The notes under the pieces were generated by a model. It was given only the letters and a program-made list of their open reading frames with translations. It did not search any database and was not told the origin of the DNA. Of a DNA stretch of 60,606 nucleotides, positions 42,001-54,000 are shown piece by piece. The position numbers and the translations under genes were made by a program. Position 1 is the first letter of the stretch. Each line of letters starts with the position of its first letter. Location: assembly GCA_964374105.1 (NCBI GenBank), contig CAYJXI010000009.1, positions 1-60,606 of the forward strand, in the 5' to 3' direction. This DNA comes from an uncultured Planctomycetales bacterium (GTDB lineage Bacteria > Omnitrophota > Gorgyraeia > Zapsychrales > JANLHA01).

Positions 42001-45000
42001 TAGAACTCGAAAAAATAATCCAAGAAGCCGATATTTTCCTCGCCCAAGCCAATGAAGCCCTCGCCAGTTCTCCTTACACAAGAAGCCGAAAAGAATTAAA
42101 ACCTCTTACTCAAAAGGCCCAAAAGGGGGTTAAGAGAGTCGAAGAAATGATCAGCGATATTGATTCGCAACTTTCTTCTCTCGAAGGCCAGTTAACCGAG
42201 GCCCAGGCCCGTCGGGATAAATCCCAGAGAGAATTGGATAGAGAACAAAAAGATTTGGAATTAGCGGAAAAATTACTTTCCGAAGCCGAAAGGGATATTG
42301 AGGCAGAGCCGGGTGTTTCCAAAGCCAGGGAACGTGTTACCAAAGCGGAAACGAAGGCAGATTATGCGGCAGATAATTTAGAGAAGGCGAAGGCACAGAA
42401 ACAGAAGTCAGAAGCTGAATTAGCGGCCTTGAAGACAGAAGATCCTAAACGCTCGCCTAAGAAAGCCCGGGCACCTAATGAGAGTGAAGTCGGGGCTAAA
42501 GTTTTAGAGGCAAGAAAGAAGACAGAGAATGTTGAAGATACTAAAGAGAAATTAGAACGAGATGAAGATAAAGGCCATGATGCTCGGATTGAATTGGCCA
42601 AAGAAAGGGCCATGGCCGGTGAGAGATTAGGACTTGACGCCGCCAAAGAAATCGTTGCTGAACAAACAGCCTTAAGAGACCTCGCCCAACAGATTCGGGA
42701 AGACGACCATACAAAAGTCAAGGGTCTGGAAGCTCAAATCGACGCCCTGAAAGCAAAGAAACCCCACCTGGAAAAAGCCCTCGGGATAGCCCAAGCCAAA
42801 GTTGAAAAACGAAGATCGATTGTCACTAAAGAAGCCCGCCTTCGTCGTGCTAAAGAGGCGGGGGACAGAGCTGAAGCAACCGCATCCCGGATTGTTTCAG
42901 AGTTAACTGTCAGAGAAGGATCAGAACTTAAGATCAAAGACGGTCTTTCCGCAGAAGAACTTGATCTGTTAAAAATTTCTCTTGGCCGATTAAAAGAACG
43001 GGCTCAAACCGCTGAAACAATAGCCAAGGATATTTCAGAAACCCAAAGAAGCTTGGAAGCAACAGAAAGAGAGGCGGCTGATTTAAGTGCGGAATTAGAA
43101 AATCTCGGGACGCCGACAACAGCCGCAGCCCAAAGACGTATTGCGGAAATTTCCAAACGATTGGCAGAGATTTCGTCCACCCGTTCTGAGCTTAAGGCCA
43201 AACGGGAAGGATTTTTAGAGAAGGCCAAACAGGTTGATTTAGAAACCGTTGATCTTGATTCATTGATTAAGCTTGCCGTGGCAGAAAGAAGTGAGGGTCA
43301 ACGAGAAATCGAGAGGACCGATCGGGAGATTGAAGACAGCCGTCAAGAAGAAACTCGTGCCCAACAGCTCGTTGATCAAGCGCAAGCAGACTTAGATCAG
43401 GCAACAACTGCGTTAGCTGCAAAACAAAGGATTGCCAGTCAATCGGATCTTCGAGGAAAACCCGCACCGCAAGAGTTAGCCAAACGAAAAGGGCAAGGAT
43501 TTGATACGGGATACGAGTCACCTCGAGCCAAAAGAAAAGCCCGGGATGCCTCTGGAAAGACAGAAGAACAAGAGCTTGCCTCTAAGGTTTTAAAATCAGG
43601 TAAGGCGGAAAGAAATGCTGAAAAGAGCGAAGCTAAAAAGAAGAGGACACAGGAAAAATTTGATATTGAAGCGGCTCAAGAAGAAGCCGCGGCAAGACGA
43701 GCGGATTTGGAGACAGCAAAGCTTTTGTTGGCCAAGGCAAGGGTAAGAACAGCTCAAAAAGAAAAATCCTTAAGGTTAGCTGAAGCAAAAGGTGAAAAAT
43801 TAGATGAGGAAATCCTCTCATTTGGAACCGAACGGGATTCAAAAAGCACACAGAAGGCTGGGTATCAAGGTCAGGCGGCTGAGGCTCGAAAAGTCCCAAC
43901 CAAAGAGCATCTAACCCGCCTTGCTCAGGAAGCCGAACAACGGGCTGATGAATTATTAGTTAAAGAATTTCGCGATGGAAAAACAAAGGCAACACAAGAA
44001 GCCTACGAAGAAGTTGCTGCCGCAGCCAGCAGGTTGTCAGATAGGTATGCGAAATCAGAAGTAGAGTTAAGTGGCCAGAGACGATCTCTTGCGCAGGACA
44101 TTGAGGCCTCAGAGCATACCTTAAACAGATTATCTTCAGAGCTCTTTAGACTTGAGCGGGATAAGAAACAAAGCGAACAAAAGGTTGCGGAATTAAGAGA
44201 ACTTTTAGCTTCTGCCAAACAATCCGGCAAAGAACTCGAAAGCTCCCCATTGGCCAAAAAGTTAAGACAGGCAAGAGGAGCACAACAGAAAGCTTCGGAT
44301 CGTTACCAGGAAACTCAAGAGGATCCCACCAAAAACAAAGCAGTTCATCAGAAACTAAGAACTCAACAAAGGGCAGAAGAAAAATCAAGAAGGCTTCAGG
44401 AGAAATTTGATCGAGAGAAAGACGAGACCCAGGATCTAGAACAACTGATCCGCGAGGAAATCCAGACCGAGTCTAGAAAAATAGAGGAATTGGCCAAAGT
44501 CATTACCCGTCTTGAAAAGAGGGTTGACAGCGATTCCCGATTAGCGGTGGAACTTAAAGTCCAGCGCGAGGGGTTGGATCAGGTTGAATCGGATCTCAAA
44601 TTGGCCAGCAAAGAGGCCTATCAAAAGGTCAGTGAGCTGGCACGGCAAAAAGCTACAGAGGTTAGTGATGGAAAAACACCGATTGAAACCACTCCGACGT
44701 TAACACGGCCTCCGGAAAGTCCTCTCGAATTATTGGCAAAGAAATACCGAGCCGAGAGCGGAGAATCCGCCCCTGAGCAAGTCAAGCCGGGAAGTAAAAA
44801 AGAGGCAGCGGGAGAACGGGTTGCCCGAAGTACAAAAGCCATTCAAGATTCAGCCCGTCAGGAAATTGAACAACTTTTACCGCAAGTTGAATCTAGAGTC
44901 AAAGACACAAGAGAGATTCTTGCCCGGAAGTCTTCCCAAGTCTCAAAAGAACAATATGAAAGACTGGAAGGAGATCTCGGTCAACGAATTGTTAAAGAGG

Positions 45001-48000
45001 CGGAAAGAACAATTAGTGAGCTCGTTGAGCTTAATGAGTTTGGCGGGATTAAGTCAATTAAGGTGGAAGATGGTGATCTACAAGGAGCTCTTCGTGTTAT
45101 CAAGGCATATAAAATATTAGAAGAAAAGGCCTCCGATAAGGGAATGATCAAAGCCAATATTCAGCGAGCAGAAAATCGAGCCAAGGAACTGAAAGAGAAG
45201 ATCACCTCAGCCGAGGCACAGAAGGCTGATCGGGGAAAAGGTTTAGAGCAAGCTAAAGAACAAAGAATAAATGCCCAGGAACAACTGAGAGCTGAACAAG
45301 AAGAATATGCACGTCTTAACGATATCGATAATGATCCGGGTGTCAAAAAGGCAAAGGCCAAATTTGAAAAACAGGATGTGGCTTCCGAGCGGGCCGAATC
45401 GAATTACGAACGACTGCGCACAAATTATCAGACTGCCCAGAAGAAATACGAAGAGGCCTTGGCACAACAAGAAAAAGCCCCCAGCGCCGATCATGCCGAT
45501 AAGGCCTATAGAGCCAAACGCAATATGGAAGAGGCCTTTGGGAAAATGGAAAAAGCCGAAGCTGCGGCAAAGAAATTGGAGGTCCCCTATCAGCAAGCAA
45601 ATTTGGATTATCAAAAGGCAAAAGACATCGCCAGGGCAAAGGCCGCGGAACAAAAGCAATATGTACAGTTGGCCAAACAAGAATTGGCTCAAACAGAAAA
45701 GACGATAACAAGACGTCAAAGACATGTTGAGAAATTGGGCAAAATCAAAGAAGGATATGCAGAAAGACTTCTTGGCGAGCAAGAACAGATTGCCTTAAAC
45801 GAATCAACTCCTACTAAACAGAAATATCAATGGTTAAGCAGACAGGCAAAGGAAAAGGCTGTTGAAATTGCCGAAGGGGTTGTTAAGGCCTTGGCTGAGG
45901 TTGAGGTTGTTGATGGGGTTACAACAATTAAGAATATTAGGCCGACAAATAGAGAAGGATTTAAACGTTTAGCTCGTGCGGCAGATTTCTTAACCCGCCA
46001 CGCGAAATCAGAAGAATTGATTCAGCAGGAGATTCAGTTTAGGAAACGCGTTGTTTCTGCGAAAGAAAAGGATCAGGCAGACTTTAAAGAAGAATCAAAT
46101 CAAGGACAACCTGCCAATTCCTCATCCTATCGTCGACTTGCTCAAGCTGCTTTAGATCTAGCCAGAGGCAAGACTACCCCCGAACGCGAGGCATTAAAAG
46201 AGGCCAGAACCCGTCGAGAAGATTTATTGGCGCAAGAAAATGAGGGTGTTGGGGAAATTGATCGACAACTCTCCGATCACAAAGTTGAGCTCAATGAGGC
46301 CAGGACAAGAAAAGAGGGACTAAAGGGAGAAGTTGAAAAAGCCCAACGAGAGATTGCAGTAGCCGAAAGTCTTAACCAAGATGCACAGAGGCAATTAGAA
46401 CTCGCCTTAAGAAATGTGGTTCTGGATGAAGGTTTAAGACGCGCTATGGGAAATGCCGCCAACCAGAGAGCCGCCTCGCAAAAGGCCGGGGAAAATTATG
46501 AATTTGCTAAAAAGAATGATCGGGAGGCGAAAAAGAAATACGAAGAGGCCATCAAAGAGAGGGACGAGGCGATACAGAATGATTCTCCCAACAGTCATCA
46601 AAAATCATTAGAGGCCGATAATGCAAAAAGAAATATGGAAGAGGCTTCGGGTAATCTTAAGAGAGTTGAGGCCTCGGCTGAAAGAGTTGCGGAAAGTTAT
46701 CAAGCTGGTGAACTTGAATTAGCCAAGGCACGGGACACTGCGGAAAGGAAATTTAAGATTGCCGATTTACGTCAAGAAAAGAAAACCGCGGAAAGTATGC
46801 TGGAAAAGGCCACCAAAAATTATGAGGCTAAAGCCAGCGAATTCAATGAGGTCAATTCCGAAATCATTTCCCTTGAAAAGTCTATTGGCGATTTGGCGTT
46901 CCGCAGAGGTCTTAAAAAGATTGAAATCGCAAACGTTGAGAAAGATATAAGCACATTAAGAAAAATTCCAACGAAGGAAGAATATTCTTCCAAGGCTAAG
47001 GATGCTGCCAGAACCGCAGATGAACGGCTTATCCAAGAGGCCTGGCAGGGACGAGAACGCAGCAGTGCTCAAGAATATGATGAGGTTGCTAAGGTCGCGG
47101 ATAAGTTATATCGCGAGGCACCCACCCAAGAGACATTGGATCAGCAATGGCAGTCAGCAAGGCAGGATTATGAAGTTGAACGTCATAGTTTAAGAAAGGT
47201 CCGAGGCGAGATCGAAAAGACTCAATCCCAATTAGAAGAAGCTATCCGAAAGAGGGAACAATTAGAGAGCGATGTTGAATATGCTAAAGGAGAGGTGAAA
47301 GGCGTAGAAAGCACTAAACAAGGGAAAGGTCTTGCTCGAGCCGAGGTGAATCTGCGTAATCAACAAAAAGCCTTGGCAAAAGCTTTAAGCAAAGGAACAC
47401 CCGGTGAGACGCAGGGACAGGCTGTTTCTTCTAAAGAAAGAGCGGTCAGGCGGGCAACAGAAAAGGTTAAAAGTAAAAAGCCGGCTCTTGAAAAAGAGAC
47501 AACAGAACGGGAAGAATTCCTTGAATTAGCCAGAGTCGAGCTCAAAGAAGCCCGTGCCAAAGAAAAAGAACTCCGCCAGAATCTTTCCCGAATGCAGGCT
47601 ACAGAAAAACAAATTGAATCTGATCTAAGTCGAGCTAATGAAAGAGTTAAGGCTATCGAATCCACCTTATCCCGTGCAGAGCTTGCTTTGATCTCAAAAG
47701 AGGCAAAACAAAAGGCGCGGGAAATGGAACAGGGCCGAGTTTCCTCTCCTCAAGAGAAAAAAGAAGGAGAGCCAATATTACAGAAGGTCTTCCGCACTGA
47801 ACTGGAGTTGCAAGAGGGATTTGAGGTTGCCAAGCCATCGCAAGCTGAGCCGGGGACAAGGCGGCATGAAGCCCAAGTCAGATCTGCCAAGGTCAAAGGG
47901 GCGATGCAGAAAGGAGCCAAGGAGGCCTTAAGACAATTGGTTCCTGAAGTAGAACGAGGAGTCCAGGAATCAAAAGACTCTTTAGCAAAGAAAGAGAAAG

Positions 48001-51000
48001 AGATTTCTAAAGAAGGTTACACTGGGATAAAGAGGACCACGCTGAAAGAGATGTCTAGGTCGGCCCGAAGGGAATTATCCGAAGAGAGTGGTTCTCAATC
48101 GAGGATAGAGTCTGACATATCGCAAAGGGGTGAGGTCGTCCTAGGAGAAAGAGCTAAACGCGCTGAGGCCAGACGCAAGGAGATGAATATATTAGGGAAG
48201 GAGCTTGGCCAAGTCTCCCGTCAAGTAGCAGAGGTAGATACCCGCTTAGCGACATTAAGATCTCAATTGAAAAGCGGTGTTGCGGAGGGAAGGACCTTGG
48301 ATTCTTCTGAAAAAATCCATATGAGAGATACTCTTATCCCCCGATTAGAAAAACAGAGAAGCCGATTAGCAGAGAAATTCGATACCGCCAAAAAGAGTCT
48401 GGATCGTTTGAATGTGCAGTTACGTGCGCAAGAGGTAGCCGATCAAATATTGGCCAAGGCCTTGGCAACTTTGCCCAAACCACGGGTTGATAAGACACCC
48501 ATCAAGCCCCAGGCACCACCTAAGGAGTTTACATTTTCTGATGTTTTGGATAGAGTCATTGCCAAAAAGGATGATCGTGTCTTGGATGATTTCTTGGGTC
48601 GTAGCCTTGGTTCTGAAAGACAGGATATCCTTGAAGAATTATGGAGCCGTGCGAGATTGGAAACAGCTACGGAAGGCTCTATCATCTCAGAGGCTTTAAA
48701 AAAATTAGGACTTGATTATAAACTTAATGGATTAGAACCTTTTTATAAACAAGCGATTTCAGAAGATTCAGCGGCAGGGAGGCTTGCTGCCAAAAGAGAG
48801 TTATATTTAAGAAGTCAGAGTGCTACCTCAAGAACAGAAAGACTAGCCGCCCACTGGGCACTATCAGATATTGATCATATCCTAGCTGAACGCGCACGAT
48901 CTCAAAGTGACGAGTTAGCCGCATCGACACGTGATAAAGCAGTTAAAACCCAAACACCTCCCCGGTCTCGGCAGAAATCATCGAGGCCATCAACAGGAAC
49001 ATCCTCTCCAGATGGTACCAAGCCTTCGATCGTTCGCAAGGTTATTGATAAATATAAAGCGATAAAGCAGGAAAGAGAAGAGGTCAAGAGGGCAAAAAGG
49101 GTAGCCACCCTTGCTAAGGAATTGTTTGATAACGATGGTAAAGAAACACCTGCCTTTAGAGATGAGACATCAGTAGAAATTAAATCTGCTGCCTTTGAAA
49201 TGTATCGCACATTGCAAGATACGAAGACAGATATAGAAAATTTTGCTAGGGCCCAAGGAGAGAAACCTTTTGACCTTAAGACTGAAGATGTGGATTGGTT
49301 AGAGGTTTATGAAATGGCAAGGAATGCTTATGGACAATTCAAGAAGGGGGAAAAACCTTTTATTGTTATTTCCAAAGAAACCGGCGGCGGTAAGACTGTT
49401 TTGATTCAAGCCTTAGCTTTAATGCTGGCAAGGGATCCTTTTATGAGAGATCGGTCTGTTGTCATTGTTGTTCCAGAGTCAGTAAAGACAGAAATATTAA
49501 CGGATTCGACAAAGAGTATGTTGAAAGGCCGGATTAGGGATGTCAAGAATAAGAATGAAAGCTTGTCCATTGAGAGGGGCCTTAATATCGCCACCCATGC
49601 TGAGGCCCAGCGGTTACGCCATGAAAACAAGATTGACAAATCGATGATTGAATTGAGCGACGAAACCGACCGGCAGAACCGTATCCCTGTTTTGGTTGTC
49701 AGTAGCGGCCGGGATTCTGAGCAGATTATGGATCGGGCCAGGGCCGGAGATCGAAAAGCCAAGGAGATTGTCCGTAATTCAGAAGTGGATCGATCTCAGA
49801 CAGAACTTTTAGCACTTATTAGCGAAAAGTTGGTTGAGCAAGAGGGAGATATTCATAAGGTTGTTGCGTTTGATGGAAGTCGAAGAAAGAATCCTTGGGA
49901 TTTTAGGAAGGATAAGGACGATTCCGGATCTTCTGCCCGAGGGAGGGTTGAGAGACTTTATCGAGAGATTGTGGATTCTTGGGAAGGAAAAGAATTAGGC
50001 AAAGAAACCGCCCAGTTATTAGGGGAGTGGCAAAAGGATGCAAGTTTCAATGAAAGATTTAACACAGCTTTTGAGGGTTTCAGAAATGCGGGTGGTGAGG
50101 TTTTAGAGTTTAGTGGGAAAACCATGGAGAAAAAATTAGGTGCCTTGGCCCGGTATCTTTATAATCGGGCAACACCTGACTACAAATTTGATCCAGAAGG
50201 CGATATGCTTTTTTATATGTTAGCGGATAGTGGCCATTCGCAAAAGGGAACTATTCCCGGTGATTCCGAATACGCCAGGATGCTTGTCATTGCTGTGACT
50301 TGGGATAAATTAGGTGTGGGAAAACGCGGGGAAACCTTGAAGAATTATTTAACCGCAAGACGGACAAAGACAATGAATCCTGTATCCGACGTGGATGTGC
50401 ATTCAGCCTTTGGTCTTGTCATAGGCTTCTCAGGAACAGCAGAATCTATGGAATTGGCGGGCCGTGCCCAAGGGGCGAGATTTTTAAAACCTAAGACAGA
50501 GAGAAATAATGTGGATTTTATGGAGCTTAGATTAGATGACCGTCCAGTTGATGTGAGAGATCCAGTTAAATCAATTGCAGAAGGGATCAAGGAACATCTC
50601 TTTAGAGAAGATTTAAGGGACCCATCCAGGGGTGAAGATGGACGGGAATATAATAATGCTCGTTTAACAATCGCCACAACAGATCATCGTGAGGCATTTG
50701 ATAGATTAGTAGTTGAGGCCGAAGCCAATGGAGGTCGCCTGAAATTAGATGGGAAAGAGAAAAGGGTTGCCATTGTCACTGAATATAAAGATTCAGGAGA
50801 GATAGATGCCAAGCAATTGGAAGAGGCAAAAGATGCTGTAAAGAGGCTTCAAGAAGATAAGGATGAAGAACTGATTGTTTTGTTCCTAGGATTGAGTGGC
50901 GGTTCGAATATCGCGGCCTTAGCCGACAGGCTTGTAGAAACCGCGGGGAGTGTTGCTAAGGCCCGAGAAAGTGTTTCAAAAGCCAATGTTTTAGTTTTCA

Positions 51001-54000
51001 GCGCCAGAGCTACCGCAGACATGGGGCAAGCAGGCGGGCGTGTTAATATCGCAGGTGACAGGGAATCCCAACGTATGAATGCGCATAAGGTTGAAGGGAT
51101 TATCTTTATCAACGCAGATGGAAAAGTTGAGACTCCGCAACGGTCGCGTGCTCTGGATGCGGTTGCTTCTGGAGACAAGAACCAAATTCGACTCGTTGCC
51201 TTGGAGATTTTGGATTCCATCCAGAATCGTAATTTAATCAGCAAAGTTTATACTGTGGCCAAGACAAGCCCAGAATTAACTAAGGAAACAGTTAGAGACG
51301 TTGTCCATGATTTTATGAAGAAATCCACTGATCGACGTGTTATGGACATTATGGATCGATCAGGAAGATTTGAACTCAGTGTTGCCTTGGATTCGGGCAA
51401 AGGTTATGAGACTTATAAAGCCAAGAAATATGATGAAAATGGAAAAGTTAAAGAAGTTGAGGCGGTGAGCATAACCGCGACCACAGGACCGATTTTCTTT
51501 GGCGGTGGGGTTAGATTACAGCCCGGGCAAACTTACAATTATCAAGACGGATTTATCTATGCCACCGTTGAAAGTGAGAAAGGTAAACTGCCTCTGAGTG
51601 CGGTAGCTGCCAATCTTCAAGACAAGAAACCAGCCATGCAGCCGGTGGCGGTCTTCAGAACTTATTACGATGAAAAGAAACAAGGTTTCGTCAACGGGAT
51701 TTTTGATATTCAACTGGATACGGAAGGGAAAAAATATTTTGCACGACCAAATGAGAAAGTCGAATTCGTCCAAGAAGACGGCAAAAAGGTTTCCGTTGCT
51801 GTTGATAATGTCCAGTATCTCGATCAGGAAAAGAAGAATGAAAATTACTTAAAAGTCACTCAGGGTTCTAAAGAACTGGGGATCAGGGCAGGTGATCAAA
51901 TCCTTTCTTTGAATAATAGGATTGTCGTGACAAGGCAGCAAGGACCGCAAAGGCTTATTAAAAAGATTCTCGCCAAGGATTCTTCCGGCTCATTTAAACT
52001 CTCTAATTTGAAAGTTTCTAATTTAGAAGTATCGGGACCCAAAACAGAAAACCCCGATGGCACCGTTGGCATTACGGAAGAAACCTTTAGAGCTTTAAAG
52101 CATCAAGAGAAAATTGTTTCGCAGATGTTAGCCGCAACAAGCGAATTGCCGCAGCTTCATAATTCCGGAAAGATTAAGGCCTCCGTCGAAGAAATGTTAA
52201 GCCAGGCGCAATCTCTTCTCGGTTATCGAGAAGGCTGGCAGGTGACAAGAAAAGGGGATTGGCAAATCGAAGGCGGCCGAATTGTGGAACATCCCTATTT
52301 AGAGATTGCCCATCAAGATGACATCCAAGGGGAGAGAACCCAGTTAGGGAAATTACAAAAAGTCGCTGAGAAAAAATATGGGACTAAGTTTATCTTTGAT
52401 CCTTTTATGGAACACCACGGCACCGCTGGGGAAGCAGACAAAGAAAAGAGAGAATTGCTTTTGGGTACGCATGCCTTTGTGACCTTAGCCACTCCTATCA
52501 AGACCATGCAGGGTTCTGGGGTTGCTTGGCATGAGGTTTCGCACATGACCGATAATTACCGTGAGGCCCAAGGAACTCCTAATATCGGTGGTGCAGCCAG
52601 AATTAGGGTTGTTAACCGGGGCAAACGACTTCCGTTTTATAAGGAAGACGATATTGGGGGTTATCATGATGATTTTGCCATAGGAGAAATCAAGACCCAT
52701 GAGATTACCGGCGCCGCAAGATTGATTGATATGAGAGACGCGGTAAGGTTGGGTGACGAGAAAGGGGCAGATTCTTTTGCTTATGGAGCGCTGGATTATT
52801 TAGAAAGAGGGGCAAAGATCGCCTTCAATACCCAGTTTGCCACCGAGTTTGCCTTAAGATCCGTCGCCCGTCAAGATAGAACTTCTGGCGAGTGGGTTTT
52901 GGATCGGGATAAGAGTCATAACATTGAAATCCAAGGGAATAAAGCTGTGATAAAGGTTTTGGATGACGATGTGGAAGAATTTATTGAGATAGACCAGCCG
53001 CTTCCTCAGAATCTAAGCAATGATAGTGATAAGAAAGAGTGGATTGTCAAACAGCTTGATTTAACCGCTAAGATGGCCAAGACAAGAGGCTCTGCCATGA
53101 AACTTAAAGCGGCCCTGGCTAAAAGTCATCGCGATGATTCATTGATTAGCGATGCGATCAAGAATTCAAGAAGAGAGCTGAAAGATATATTAGGAGAGGC
53201 GGTTAAAGAAGATGGCCGTTTTACGGCAATAGAGCCAAGCCGTAGCGAGGCCGAACTGGTTCTCTCAGAGGTTTTGAGTACGGCTAGGCCGGTTGAAGAG
53301 AAGAATCAAGTGACTTATATCAGTCCAATCACAGGGCGGGGGATCGTGGTTGATTCTGATTCAAGAAAAATCGTGAAATTCATTTCCCAAGAACCAGCCT
53401 TGACAAAATTCCTTGATTTTGTTGTTGATGAGAAGGATAAAAGCGAAGCGATCGAACGAGTACAAGCCACCGATCGTTCTCCTGAAGGCCGGGCCTTCAA
53501 ATCGGCCTATCAAAAAGCACAGCTTCTAGAGGAACCGGAGATTCTCGATAGAGTTCAATTATTTGCCTTGTCAGATAATGACCTTCAGAGAGAAGTCACC
53601 TTTTTCGTTGATCAGTATAAATCAAAAGTGACGGATGTGGGTTCACAAGCTCTGCAACAGGAACTTTCCGCTGATCGACGATTCGTTTCCCATTCAAGAA
53701 AACTTAAAAGCCATCCAGAGATTTATATTGCCAAGGCTGACAAGGTGGCCTCAAGAATCAGTGACTTTTTAGAATCAGTCGGCGGACATGATTTGGTTGT
53801 GGCCGATACTTCAGAAAAGATGTCCTGGGTTGTTCTTTTTGAGGCCCTGACCTTAAAGAATCCAACGATGAGTGATGATCGTAAAATTGCTCAATTGCGC
53901 GATTGGTATCAAGAACTCGAATCGTCTGAGGGGATTGATATAGATGAAGATATAGATATTGAAGAACCTTCTTATGCCTCGGTTGACAGGGCGATGTTGT

